The notes under the pieces were generated by a model that did no database searches, was not told the origin of the DNA, and saw nothing but the letters and a program-made list of their open reading frames with translations. DNA of 54,532 bases from a bacterium (GTDB taxonomy: Bacteria > UBP18 > UBA7526). Shown here one piece after another: positions 34,991-45,227 of the stretch (positions are counted from its first letter, which is position 1; each line of letters opens with the position of its first letter). The stretch lies in the NCBI GenBank assembly GCA_030615855.1, contig JAUWYL010000006.1:1-54532 (forward strand), given 5' to 3'. The translations under genes were made by a program, and so were the position numbers.

Positions 34991-35702
34991 TTCTCATTCT
35001 CCTTAAACCATCAAACCAAGGAGAGACTTTAAACTTAAAGCGAAGCATATTATCCTTGCGATAGATACCCACCCTTTTCAAAGAGAACTTTCCCTCCTTC
35101 AACCTTCCATAAGGAGTAACTACTGCTCCTTCATAACCGCATTCTTTGAGTATCTTCTGAATCCGGCCATTGAAGTCCCCATAGGGATAGCAGAAAAAAA
35201 TAATCTTCGTCCCTATTTCTTCTTCGATCTGTTTCTTCGATCCCTGGATTTCTTTTCTCGCTTCTTGGTAGGAAAGCCTGGTCAAATGAGGATGGCTGAT
35301 AGTATGGGACCCGAACTCTATCCCATTATTGCTCATCTCTCTTATTGCTCGCCAGCTTAGAAAATAGTAATCCTCTTCCCTTCCTCCATATCTCTCAATA
35401 TACCTCTCTGGTTTGAAAAGCCTATCAGTGCCGATATAGCCGGTGATTAAAAAGATGGTTGCCGAGAAGCCATAGCGCTTCAGGATGAAATAAGCATTGG
35501 TGTAGTTATCCTGATAGCCATCATCAAAGGTAATGACAAAGGACTTTGAAGATAAATCCTTCTTTTCAATTGCCTGAGCCAAAGAGATAGTCCGATACCC
35601 CTTTTTATAAAAGTATTTCATCTGTCTGTCGAAATTTTCTACACTTACTGCCAGCCCACCCTGCCTTCTATTACTTACACTATGATAAGTAAGGATTAAC
35701 AT
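34950..35702 (-). CDS. Polysaccharide deacetylase (NodB/IcaB-like)
   Basis: ILTYHSV, ITFDDGYQDNY, FGSHTISHP, FCYPYG. Confidence 0.9.
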   Translation of the reverse strand: MLILTYHSVSNRRQGGLAVSVENFDRQMKYFYKKGYRTISLAQAIEKKDLSSKSFVITFDDGYQDNYTNAYFILKRYGFSATIFLITGYIGTDRLFKPERYIERYGGREEDYYFLSWRAIREMSNNGIEFGSHTISHPHLTRLSYQEARKEIQGSKKQIEEEIGTKIIFFCYPYGDFNGRIQKILKECGYEGAVVTPYGRLKEGKFSLKRVGIYRKDNMLRFKFKVSPWFDGLRRMRNVRIHRMQSLQSR

Positions 35703-36841
35703 GGTCTAAACTTCTTTTCTATCAGGTGGTCGTATATCTTTTCTGTCTCTTGAACCATCCTCTCCCGGCCAAAGTTCTCTTTCACCCGCCTCCTCCCTTT
35801 CTTTCCCATTTCAATAGCCCGACTTCTATCTTTGAGTAAACTTATGATGGCTTCTGATAGAGCAATAGGATCTTTGGGGGGAATTAAAATCCCAGTTTGG
35901 CCATCTGTTATTGTCTCTGGATTTCCGCCCACATTGGTAGCCACCACTGGTTTACCCATAGCCATGGCCTCCAAGAGAACATTGGAAAAGCCTTCGCGTA
36001 GCGAAGGAAGGGCGAAGAGATCAAAAGTGGCCATTACTCGAGGTATATCCCTGCGGAAGCCAGTGAAGATAACACTTGAAGAAACGCCCAGGCCTGAAAT
36101 TAATCTTTTTAATTTTCTTTTATAGATACGCTCTGGTTTAAGATTAGCATTCCCCACAATAAGGAACTTTACTTGTGGAAAAACATCCAGAATTTGAGGA
36201 ATAGACCGTATTAAAAAATGAAGTCCTTTGTAATGGCAGATGCGGGCCACCGTACCTACTACAGAAACTTGGGAATCAAGGCCTAGATTCCTTCGCTCTT
36301 GTAAAACATTAATTTTTTGGTGAAATCTATCTAAATCCAGTCCATTGTAAATGACAGCTATCTTATAAGATTTTATCCCTGCCATTTGTATTAAGAAATC
36401 CTTGACCGCGAAAGAGTTGACTAACATTTTATCAGTAAATCGCATAAGGACTTTGTCTACATACAGCCGAAATTTCCCTTTCCAATCTTCTATATTGCGC
36501 TCTGAGGAGATAATGATAGGAACCCGGGCAAGAATAGCAGCTAAACGTCCAAAAGTATTACTGGTAAACATATAAGTATGAATAAGATCTATTTTCTCTC
36601 GTTTGATAACTCTGATTAGCTTAGGAATAACGGAAAGATCATGTCTAAACTTTTTTCCTAAAATAACTACCTTGATACCCAGCCTCTGCGCTTCAGCCAA
36701 TAAGGGTCCCCCTTTTGTAAGGCAGCAGAGAGTAAGATTATATTTTGTCTTATCAAGGTACCGCGCCAATAGAAGTAACTGCCTCGGGGTGCCGCCAATA
36801 GCCAAAGTAGCTATAACTTCCAATACATTAATTTTCTTCAT
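35696..36841 (-). CDS. Glycosyltransferase family 4
   Basis: LAIGGT, PSLREGFSNVLLEAMA; ATG at 36841. Confidence 0.9.
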   Translation of the reverse strand: MKKINVLEVIATLAIGGTPRQLLLLARYLDKTKYNLTLCCLTKGGPLLAEAQRLGIKVVILGKKFRHDLSVIPKLIRVIKREKIDLIHTYMFTSNTFGRLAAILARVPIIISSERNIEDWKGKFRLYVDKVLMRFTDKMLVNSFAVKDFLIQMAGIKSYKIAVIYNGLDLDRFHQKINVLQERRNLGLDSQVSVVGTVARICHYKGLHFLIRSIPQILDVFPQVKFLIVGNANLKPERIYKRKLKRLISGLGVSSSVIFTGFRRDIPRVMATFDLFALPSLREGFSNVLLEAMAMGKPVVATNVGGNPETITDGQTGILIPPKDPIALSEAIISLLKDRSRAIEMGKKGRRRVKENFGRERMVQETEKIYDHLIEKKFRPC

Positions 36842-38138
36842 CTTCTTTACTAACTTGTAATATTTTAGCTTTAGGAAGGAGAAAGGAGACTGCAATTAGA
36901 TAAGAAAAAATTGTGGCCAATATCGCTCCGGTAATGCCTATTAAAGGAATTAGTGCTCTATTCATAATAATATTAAAGGAGGCGGCAATAACGAGTGCCA
37001 TCATACCGATTTTTGCTCCGGTTTTCCCTGCCGAAACTATTAACCAAGCATAAACACCATATAAAGAAACGGTTATGGCCCCCAGGCCAAACAAAATTAG
37101 CAAGGCTAGATTAATGGGGTAGTTTTTTCCATATAATTTTAATGCTATAAACTCACCACCCACTAAGATGGGTAATCCAAAAATGACCAAATAGGGAATA
37201 AATCTATTGATTCTTTTAAAGATATTCCATTTTGCCTTAGACTTTGAAGCAGTAGGAAAGAAAACTGTGGTAAACATAACCATAAAGGATGAAACAATTC
37301 CCAGAGATGAAGCATGATAGGCGCGATAAATCCCTAAATCTCCGGTTGCCAGGTATTTATTGATCATTACCTTATCTACATTAGTCAAAAAAATAAAAGA
37401 GACCGCAGCCAACAGAGAATAAAATCCATACCGGATTAATTTCCCTGCCCAGTATCTACTAAACTGAAAGGAAAAGTATTTATAAATACTGGCCATCCCT
37501 ATTATTATTACCAAAACATAGGCGATACAGATCGCGAAAACTGCCGCAATAAAAGTCCGGGAATCTTTCATAAAAATAAAAAGGGTAAAAACTCCTAATA
37601 ATCCTACCCCGAATATAATCTCCAGCATGCTTCTCTTTTTCATTTCATGAAGACCCTGAAGAGTACGAGTTATTATACTACTGAGGGCATAAATTATAGT
37701 AAAAAGTAAAATCAGGTAAAAAATACTATCGGAGATAGAAAAAAGTCTTAAGAGTCGAGGTTTGAAAATAAGGTAGAAGAAAATGGAAACCAGTGAAAAT
37801 AAGAAGACCATCAAATAAGCAGTAGATATAATGGCGGAGCGCCTTTTAAAATCCTCTCCTTCTGCATTATATTTTACCATGGCTGTAGATATTCCCATAA
37901 ACATAGGAATCGTTAAAAATGAGGCTACAGAAATAACAAGAGTAAACTTACCATATTCCTCCGGGCCTAGAACGCGGCCCGCCAGAATATTGAAAATTAC
38001 AGTCAGAACTTTGGCAATACCAAACCCCAAAGCAACATATCCCAGATTCTTAAAAAATATCTCAATATTCGCAGTCATTTCTTCAGCAAATATCTTTTTA
38101 TACACCAAGTTAAAGAAATTTAGAAATAGTTTCTTCAT
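36828..38138 (-). CDS. Oligosaccharide flippase (Wzx-like)
   Basis: GRVLGPEEYGKF, NVDKVMI, LIPLIGITGAILAT; many TM segments. Confidence 0.85.
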   Translation of the reverse strand: MKKLFLNFFNLVYKKIFAEEMTANIEIFFKNLGYVALGFGIAKVLTVIFNILAGRVLGPEEYGKFTLVISVASFLTIPMFMGISTAMVKYNAEGEDFKRRSAIISTAYLMVFLFSLVSIFFYLIFKPRLLRLFSISDSIFYLILLFTIIYALSSIITRTLQGLHEMKKRSMLEIIFGVGLLGVFTLFIFMKDSRTFIAAVFAICIAYVLVIIIGMASIYKYFSFQFSRYWAGKLIRYGFYSLLAAVSFIFLTNVDKVMINKYLATGDLGIYRAYHASSLGIVSSFMVMFTTVFFPTASKSKAKWNIFKRINRFIPYLVIFGLPILVGGEFIALKLYGKNYPINLALLILFGLGAITVSLYGVYAWLIVSAGKTGAKIGMMALVIAASFNIIMNRALIPLIGITGAILATIFSYLIAVSFLLPKAKILQVSKEDEEN

Positions 38139-39037
38139 TCAATTACGCTCTCTTTGACTGCTTCAGGCTCAAGGGATTTTATCGGTTGTTTTAGGATAAT
38201 CAATTCTATCTCTTTTCTCAAGATTTCAAAAGAGAAATACTTTATGATAAATTCTAAGAATTTCCTCAAGACTAAAGTTCGACATAGATTTACGACTAAT
38301 CTCTTGGTACGATTTTTAATTCTATCGGGATCCTCTAATTTCCGGTACCTTTCTAATTTTCTATAATCAATTATAGTTACCTTATTCTTCTTTAAACTTT
38401 CAACCACAGTTTTGCGAGTAATATAATTTAAGGTATCTAGAAAAACTATGTTTTTCCCAAGAATACGAAGATAGAACTTTGCTATCCTCTTAGGAAATCT
38501 TGGTAGCCAGGGTAACATATAGTGCCCCTCATAAAAGGAATTATAATCAGGGGCAGCCAAGAAAAAAATTCCTCCCGGCTTTAAAACTCTAATACACTCC
38601 CTTAATGCTAAATCTAAATCCTGGACGTGTTCCATTGTTTGATTAGATATTACACCGTCAAAGTAATTTGATGGAAAAGGTAGTTTTTCGGAGGGGCTGG
38701 TATAAAATTTGTCCTTAAGGTTTAAAAGTCTGGCCATCCTTCGCGCAATCTCGATCAGCTTTCTGTTAATATCTACACCATAACAATCCAATCCTTGTCG
38801 TTGACATAAGAGAGTCAACCCCCCAGAGCCACAGGCAATATCCAGTATTTTAGTATTTCTATTGATTTTAATGAAGTATCCAAAAATTGATTTTAATTTA
38901 AGGTAGGTTTCAGAATATAGGTTGATATCTGTTTTATCTTTGATGAATTTTTTTAGTCTTCTTTCAGGAATTACCCCACTATATATTTGAGTGTAGCATT
39001 CTTCTATCAGCCGGGCAAGTTTATCTTTGTTCTCCAT
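38135..39037 (-). CDS. SAM-dependent methyltransferase
   Basis: ILDIACGSG, LPFPSNYFD, MEHV, RVLKPGG, YEGHY. Confidence 0.85.
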   Translation of the reverse strand: MENKDKLARLIEECYTQIYSGVIPERRLKKFIKDKTDINLYSETYLKLKSIFGYFIKINRNTKILDIACGSGGLTLLCQRQGLDCYGVDINRKLIEIARRMARLLNLKDKFYTSPSEKLPFPSNYFDGVISNQTMEHVQDLDLALRECIRVLKPGGIFFLAAPDYNSFYEGHYMLPWLPRFPKRIAKFYLRILGKNIVFLDTLNYITRKTVVESLKKNKVTIIDYRKLERYRKLEDPDRIKNRTKRLVVNLCRTLVLRKFLEFIIKYFSFEILRKEIELIILKQPIKSLEPEAVKESVIE

Positions 39038-40220
39038 CCATTAACCCTTTAAGAAATTTTACCTGTTGGTCCCCAATGTTTTTGAAGGAAAATTGATTCA
39101 TGTTCTTCATACAATTTTTTGAAAGTCTTTCCCTAAAATCATCATCACTTGCCATCTTCAGAATAGCCCGGAAAATGTCTTCAATATTCAGAGGATTAAC
39201 CAAAAGCCCCTTAACTCCATTAGGAACCAGCTCGGGCACTGGTCCATAGTTGGAGCCAATAACCGGCAAACCAGCGGATAAAGCCTCGATAACTACTCTT
39301 CCCTGACCTTCATAAAGTGTGGGAAAGAGAAAGAAATCGCTGGAATGATAAGCACAGCGGAGATCTTCTAAATAAAGTCTGCCTAAAAATCTCACTTTTT
39401 TTGATATCCTTAGTTCTTGCGCCAGTCTTAAGAGTTCTTTTTTCTGAGGCCCAGCACCAGCAATCAAAAGAAATATTTGCGAATAGTCTTTTAGAGCCTT
39501 AGCAAAAGCACGTAACACACGTTCTAAATTCTTCTGTTTTCTCAGTCTTCCAGCAAAGAGAATTATTTTATTCTCTTTTATAATTTGGGATAAAGTGTAT
39601 TTAAACTGAAACTTGGCTATTTTCTCTTTACTAATCGATATAAAACTTTCGATATTAACTTTGTTGGAAATATAGACAATTTTTTTCGGATTAACTCCAT
39701 GAGCCATAGTGTAATTTACCAAAAATTTACTTACACAACGAATTTCAGTAGCTTTCTTCAAAACAAACCGTTCTACTATTTCATTGAGGCAAGGGATACG
39801 TAAATAGAAGGGGGTAATTCTAAAGCACTGATGGTAATCATTGTTAAGAGTGATAAAAGACGGAATCCCTGCCTTTCTTGCTGCCAGAACTATGGGAAGG
39901 CCTTCATTAAGAGGGTCACCGTGAAAATAACCTATTAACGAAAGGTTATATTTCTTAATATTACGTGTTAAAAAATTAGCCACCAGATGACTATAATATA
40001 AGGGAGTGAAGAGATAGCGATAAATTCGCGGTATTGGCCGGAGGGAAGATATCACCAATGTCCTGGTAGGAATATTAGAGTAATCATAGGTATCGTTAAT
40101 ACTCATTACATAAACTTTTTCGAATTTCAGATTAGGATTTAACATCTCTTCTACTATCTTCCAACCTCGATGGGGGACATACTCATGGAGCCTGGTAATA
40201 AGTAAACCATATCTGTGCAT
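39021..40220 (-). CDS. Glycosyltransferase family 4
   Basis: FAGRLRKQKN, PTLYEGQGRVVIEALSAG; probable ATG at 40220. Confidence 0.85.
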   Translation of the reverse strand: MHRYGLLITRLHEYVPHRGWKIVEEMLNPNLKFEKVYVMSINDTYDYSNIPTRTLVISSLRPIPRIYRYLFTPLYYSHLVANFLTRNIKKYNLSLIGYFHGDPLNEGLPIVLAARKAGIPSFITLNNDYHQCFRITPFYLRIPCLNEIVERFVLKKATEIRCVSKFLVNYTMAHGVNPKKIVYISNKVNIESFISISKEKIAKFQFKYTLSQIIKENKIILFAGRLRKQKNLERVLRAFAKALKDYSQIFLLIAGAGPQKKELLRLAQELRISKKVRFLGRLYLEDLRCAYHSSDFFLFPTLYEGQGRVVIEALSAGLPVIGSNYGPVPELVPNGVKGLLVNPLNIEDIFRAILKMASDDDFRERLSKNCMKNMNQFSFKNIGDQQVKFLKGLMDGEQR

Positions 40221-40222
40221 TA

Positions 40223-41338
40223 TTAGCCTTTTAGTAAGAGACTGTAGATTTTTTTTAACCTTTGTGCGCTTTCTATCCAACTATATCTTTCTTTCACTAT
40301 TTCTCTGTTCCTCCTTCCCATTTCTTGAGCTAACTTATCATTATTGATTAATTTTAGTATTGCCGTTTTAAGCTCATCTATATTATTACTCTCTATTAAA
40401 AGACCGTTCTTCCCTTCCTGAATCTGTTGAGGAATTCCCCCAACTCTGGTAGCGACAATTGGCAATTTACAGGCCATGGCCTCTAAGACGGCGTTGGGAA
40501 AATTATCATAGGAAGAAGGTATAACAAAGATATCTGCTGCGGAATAGTATTTAGGTAACGCGTCATTAGGAATTTTACCAGTGAAGATAATATATTTCTC
40601 CAATTCGTATTTTTTAACTATTCCCTTTATTGTGTTTTTTAGAGGACCTTCCCCTACCAGCATTAGTCTAATATCTTTTCTTTCTTTTATTACTTCCCGA
40701 AAGGTAGCAACCATAAAAGATAAATTTTTCAGGGGTACAAAACGTCCTACAAATAATAATAGTTTATTGTTACCTATGGAAAATTTATCTCTGATATTGC
40801 TTAAGGTGGGTTTAAAGAAATTAAAATCCACACCAGGCGGGATATCGACTACATCTTTCCGAAAATGTTCTCGAATATATCTGACCGCATCTCCACTTGC
40901 TATGAGAGCATCTGCTTGAGATAATAAGTTTTTGGAACGTTTGCCGGGTGGGCCAGGAAATCTGATTACTACCGGTATTTTCTTTTTTACTCTTTTTAAT
41001 TTTACTAACAGCACTCGGCCGCAAACCTGCAGAATATCATAGTTGTCCTCTTTTCCCAGTATGCGCAGACAATTCCGAGCAAAGAGCCAATGATCAAGAT
41101 ATCTCAGATATTTACCACCCCAGGGAATCCTCTGGGAAAAATCGCGCAAAAAGGGTGAAGCAACATAAGTAGTTTTAAACTGGGTGAGAGGATGTTTTGC
41201 CCGTCGAAAAAGAGGTTTTCCAATGAGGAAGCTTATCTCTACTCCCAATTTTTCCAAATTCTGGGCCATATTGAGGTCGAATATCTCTCCCCCTCCCCGA
41301 TACATCCCCATTCCCCGGTTAACGAATTTTACTCTCAT
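40223..41338 (-). CDS. Glycosyltransferase family 4
   Basis: GGGE, FVGRFVPLKN, PSSYDNFPNAVLEAMA. Confidence 0.88.
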   Translation of the reverse strand: MRVKFVNRGMGMYRGGGEIFDLNMAQNLEKLGVEISFLIGKPLFRRAKHPLTQFKTTYVASPFLRDFSQRIPWGGKYLRYLDHWLFARNCLRILGKEDNYDILQVCGRVLLVKLKRVKKKIPVVIRFPGPPGKRSKNLLSQADALIASGDAVRYIREHFRKDVVDIPPGVDFNFFKPTLSNIRDKFSIGNNKLLLFVGRFVPLKNLSFMVATFREVIKERKDIRLMLVGEGPLKNTIKGIVKKYELEKYIIFTGKIPNDALPKYYSAADIFVIPSSYDNFPNAVLEAMACKLPIVATRVGGIPQQIQEGKNGLLIESNNIDELKTAILKLINNDKLAQEMGRRNREIVKERYSWIESAQRLKKIYSLLLKG

Positions 41339-42132
41339 GCCGTATCTTCAAATATTTTATTTATCTTTGTATATTCAATATTTGGGAAACGATTAATGTG
41401 TTTCCAGAATTTAGAGAACATCTTCTCCATTTCGGAATGAGAAAATTCCCAGTAATGGGTGACCAAACAAAAGATGCCTCGATAGCGGTAAATAAGATTA
41501 AAAGCAGTAATCAATTTTTTTAGATCTGTTCTGGAAGTTAAGGTATAATGAATCATTTCTAAATGATCCGAAAATTTCAAAATATAGGGATAGGGTGCTC
41601 TCCTTCTTGTTTTGAGTTGATATATCTTGCGCTTTATTAAAGCGGATGAAATAGGGTCTTTATAAACCCAGAAGGGAAAGGAACCGATAAGGTTTAATCC
41701 ATTATCTATTACTGCTTCCATTCCTTTTCGTGAAAGAGCGTTATGTGGGGGAACAAAGGTTTTAATCTCAGTTTCGAATAATTCTTTCAAATATCTTTTG
41801 CCTTCCTTAACTTTTTGAAATAAGTTAGCACCGGCTACAAATTCATAACTTCCCTTGTAATTCTTATGACTATAGCCATGGAGCATGATAGAGACCTTCC
41901 CCTCCTTTATTTTCTTTCTTAAAAATTCTACTAATTCCTTATTTTTATCTATGGGAAATGTTCTGTCACCTTGCCAATATTCTTCAGGAAGCGCCCCACT
42001 CTTAGTACAGGCTTGAAAAGGAACCACAGAGAGGGAGATGGGTATTTTATCCCAAATTTTACTATAGATTTTCTCTAATTGTTGCGGTTTAGTAAAATAA
42101 CATATATCATCATCGCGAATAGCAAACTTCAT
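41335..42132 (-). CDS. DUF2334 / polysaccharide deacetylase-like protein
   Basis: FAIRDDD, MLHGYSH, FVPPHN, THYWE motifs. Confidence 0.75.
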   Translation of the reverse strand: MKFAIRDDDICYFTKPQQLEKIYSKIWDKIPISLSVVPFQACTKSGALPEEYWQGDRTFPIDKNKELVEFLRKKIKEGKVSIMLHGYSHKNYKGSYEFVAGANLFQKVKEGKRYLKELFETEIKTFVPPHNALSRKGMEAVIDNGLNLIGSFPFWVYKDPISSALIKRKIYQLKTRRRAPYPYILKFSDHLEMIHYTLTSRTDLKKLITAFNLIYRYRGIFCLVTHYWEFSHSEMEKMFSKFWKHINRFPNIEYTKINKIFEDTA

Positions 42133-42644
42133 TAGTACCCTGTCATTTTGGTGAAGAGGAGGAATTTTCCTAAGAGGTTGTTGGCGCGCTTATAAAGTTT
42201 CTTCATCTCTTTCAGCCTCTGGTTGTAGAATTTGATCTTTCTTTTTTCTTCACTGTTATTTGAATTTCCTTTAGCATGCTGGATTAGTTCCTCACTCTTC
42301 TGGATTATATCTCTTATCTCGTCCATTCTCCATCTTGCAGAAAGAGTAATTCTATTTCTTACTATCTTTGTCAGATTGGATTCTGCCTCATAGAAGTTCC
42401 TTCGCGACCCTTTCATCCAGACCCTTTTCACCGCTCCCTTCTCCTCTAATTCCCGGATGTTAATGCTGGCACTTCCCTTACTGATGACCAACCTTTTGAC
42501 CATATCATCAAGCGAAAGTGGTTTTTCAGAAAGGTAAAGTAAAGCGTATAATTGTCCCATTACCTTGCTGAACCCTAAGGTAGAACTTAGATGACCTATT
42601 CCCTCAATAAAGTTATGGTATGCTTTATCAAGATTCTTATTCAT
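42132..42644 (-). CDS. GbsR/MarR-family transcriptional regulator
   Basis: GQLYALLYLSEKPLSLDDM, ISKGSASINIREL, GSRRNFY; ATG at 42644. Confidence 0.85.
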   Translation of the reverse strand: MNKNLDKAYHNFIEGIGHLSSTLGFSKVMGQLYALLYLSEKPLSLDDMVKRLVISKGSASINIRELEEKGAVKRVWMKGSRRNFYEAESNLTKIVRNRITLSARWRMDEIRDIIQKSEELIQHAKGNSNNSEEKRKIKFYNQRLKEMKKLYKRANNLLGKFLLFTKMTGY

Positions 42645-42762
42645 CCCGCCCCTCCTTGCAACCGCAAAAACACAAAATTTAACTGAAAAACACAAAAAAG
42701 ATATTGCAACTACAAAAATCAGAATTTAGTATATTTAGAATATTGTAAACACTCTGAATAAA

Positions 42763-42791
42763 ATAATATCACCTTTTTATTTATTTGTCAA
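42763..42791 (-). promoter_or_regulatory. Sigma70 promoter for the regulator and glycan cluster
   Basis: Minus strand TTGACA-17 bp-TATTAT. Confidence 0.6.
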
Positions 42792-44708
42792 GTTTTTTCT
42801 TGGCGGGGCGATCAATCGATTTTCGTACTTGGTGCGCGTTAATTTAGTCAGGCCTTTTTTTCTTGCATCTTCTGCCTTTTTATACTCTTCTTCTGCTATC
42901 TCAGTTCTGCCTAAGTCTTCATAGATACGACCCAGACTATAATGAGTCTGGGCATAGTTTGGTTCTAATTCTATGGCCTTTTTATAGTTCTCAATCGCTT
43001 CCTCATACCTTCCCTCATTGGCATAGATGGAGCCCAATTCATAATAGTAAAAACAGTGATCAGGATTCAGTTCTAAAGCTCTTTCCATCTCTCGAATAGC
43101 GAAGTCTAACCTCGATCTCCCAGTGAAGTTCTGATGATAGAATTTTGCCAAACGTCTATGATAATATCCGTTTCTTGGTTCAAGTCTCATTGCCCTCTTG
43201 AATCTTTCATAGGCATCGATGCGATAATAAGAATCCCCTGTTTCCCTGTATCGCTTTACATAGAGGTTGGCCAGTTCGAAATGATACTCTCCACATAGGG
43301 GGTCTTGGGCGATGGCTTTCCTATATTCTCCCCTCTCAGCATAGATGTCCGCCAAATAGGGGGCAATGATGGCATATTCCAGAATTAAAATAATTAAGAC
43401 TAAATAAAGATAATACCTCTTACTCTGTAAAAATACAATTTTGGACTTTGGACTTTGCCTGCCCCGTGGGAGCATAGCGACTTTACGGGGGGCTTTTGAC
43501 TTTGGACTTTTGACCTTGGACTCTGGACTACCTAAGCCCATCACTATGCCAGCATTTATAGCAAGAAAAATGGTAACCGCTGGGGCGTGGAGAGGAAAGT
43601 CTACCAGGCTATGGTTCAAGACCCCCACTATTCCTACTACCAGACCGATAATTAAGCCGTACTCTTCTTTACCCTGAAGGCTCTTTAATAGTTCTTTTGC
43701 TTTTCTGAAGAAAGTGAATAGGAGCCAGATGAATATCCCCAGAGCGAATATTCCCATTTCAGAGGCGATCTGTAAGTATTCATTGTGGGCGAAGGAGGCC
43801 TTCTTCCCGAAGCGGGCAAAGACTCCTTTTACTGGAAAGCTATATCCTGGAAAGGCATCGGAAAAGGTCCCCAAGCCAGTGCCCAGGAAGGGATGATCCT
43901 TAATTATAGAAAGTGCGCTCTTCCAGATGGAGATCCTGGTGTAGGCATAAGGGTCCTTTCCTCCTACAGTTATTAGACGCATCAATGGTGAGTTAACTGG
44001 AGTGGGGAAAAGGCTAAAGAGGAGAATAACTAAGGCTAAAGTTATCAGGGCATAACGTTTGCTTTTTAAGTATCCCAAGAATGTGACAATTAGGGCTAAA
44101 CTTAAGAATGCCCCTCGGGACCTGGTAGTGATGATGGCTAAGAGAAAGAGGATGATCGCTATGCCAAGAAATATTCTCTTAGTCTTTTTTCTTTCTCTGT
44201 TGAACAGTAGCATTCCTAAAACCAATGAGAAAGGAATGAGCAAAAAGCTGGCAAAAATGTTTAGATTGGGAAAAGTGGAGAAGGGTGGGCCGAAGTTGTG
44301 GGTAAAGAATTCTACAAGACCATAGAGGGTGACGAAGACGCTTACTCCCAAGATGCTCTGGATCAATTTTTTAATTTCTACTTCACTTTTAATGTTATTG
44401 ACCACCAGAAAGTATATCAGGGAATAGGAGATGAGGCGATAGAGAGCGCTTATACTGTGATGAATATTGATCGATCTTATTAGGGAGAGAGAGGCGAAGA
44501 GAATAAAAAAAAGGATGGGGAGATCCAGTGGGGTTTTGGTAAAACTGAATTCCCTATCCTCTTTTATCCTGATCAGCCAGATGGCTAAAGTAATTAAGAG
44601 TATTAAGTAAACGGAAGTTATAGCCCAGATGGGGAGGGCGGCTCTGAAGAGGGGGCTGAAGAGAATAATGGCCACCAAGCCCAAAGTAATGAGCCGCTCA
44701 AAAATCAT
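42777..44708 (-). CDS. O-antigen ligase-like protein with C-terminal TPR repeats and an in-frame repeat insertion
   Basis: [42 protein letters not shown] region; insert [29 protein letters not shown]. Confidence 0.85.
   Translation of the reverse strand: MIFERLITLGLVAIILFSPLFRAALPIWAITSVYLILLITLAIWLIRIKEDREFSFTKTPLDLPILFFILFASLSLIRSINIHHSISALYRLISYSLIYFLVVNNIKSEVEIKKLIQSILGVSVFVTLYGLVEFFTHNFGPPFSTFPNLNIFASFLLIPFSLVLGMLLFNRERKKTKRIFLGIAIILFLLAIITTRSRGAFLSLALIVTFLGYLKSKRYALITLALVILLFSLFPTPVNSPLMRLITVGGKDPYAYTRISIWKSALSIIKDHPFLGTGLGTFSDAFPGYSFPVKGVFARFGKKASFAHNEYLQIASEMGIFALGIFIWLLFTFFRKAKELLKSLQGKEEYGLIIGLVVGIVGVLNHSLVDFPLHAPAVTIFLAINAGIVMGLGSPESKVKSPKSKAPRKVAMLPRGRQSPKSKIVFLQSKRYYLYLVLIILILEYAIIAPYLADIYAERGEYRKAIAQDPLCGEYHFELANLYVKRYRETGDSYYRIDAYERFKRAMRLEPRNGYYHRRLAKFYHQNFTGRSRLDFAIREMERALELNPDHCFYYYELGSIYANEGRYEEAIENYKKAIELEPNYAQTHYSLGRIYEDLGRTEIAEEEYKKAEDARKKGLTKLTRTKYENRLIAPPRKNLTNK
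43439..43529. repeat. TTGGACT heptamer array with an embedded CCTGCCCCG...CGGGG element, inside the CDS
   Basis: ttggactttggactttg-cctgccccgtgggagcatagcgactttacgggg-...ttgactttggacttttgaccttggactctggact. Confidence 0.8.
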
Positions 44709-45136
44709 TTCTTCTTAAGGTAAGAAATTGCTGCCTTTAATCCTAAGAGATAGCTATCCACTCCGAAGCCAGAGATCTGACCTACTGCTACAGGAGCAAT
44801 CAGAGATTTATGGCGGAACTCTTCCCGGGCGTAGATATTGGAGAGGTGAACCTCTACCGTCGGTATCTTTCTAGCGACAATGGCATCTCTTATGGCCACA
44901 CTGGTATGGGTATAGGCAGCAGGATTGATGACTAAGACATCTTCTCTGGAATTACTTATCTCCTCCACAATCTCTCCCTCATGGTTGGATTGAATGGTCC
45001 TGACCTCTACCCCTTTCTCTTTTGTCAAGTTTTGAATCCTTTTATCGATCTCAGCCAAGGTAGTCTTACCGTAGACCTCCGGCTCCCTGGTGCCCAAGAG
45101 GTCCAGGTTTGGCCCATGAATTACTAATATCTTCAT
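44705..45136 (-). CDS. aroQ: Type II 3-dehydroquinate dehydratase
   Basis: [47 protein letters not shown]. Confidence 0.97.
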   Translation of the reverse strand: MKILVIHGPNLDLLGTREPEVYGKTTLAEIDKRIQNLTKEKGVEVRTIQSNHEGEIVEEISNSREDVLVINPAAYTHTSVAIRDAIVARKIPTVEVHLSNIYAREEFRHKSLIAPVAVGQISGFGVDSYLLGLKAAISYLKKK

Positions 45137-45162
45137 CTTCTACCCCCACGGATTTAAGACAG

Positions 45163-45227
45163 GTAATCGGTGATCAGTGATCGGTGATCGGTGATCGGTA
45201 ACTGTTCACGGTTCACCGTTCACTGTT
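45163..45227. repeat. 7-nt repeat arrays (GGTGATC, then CNGTTCA)
   Basis: gtaatcggtgatcagtgatcggtgatcggtgatcggtaactgttcacggttcaccgttcactgtt. Confidence 0.75.
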
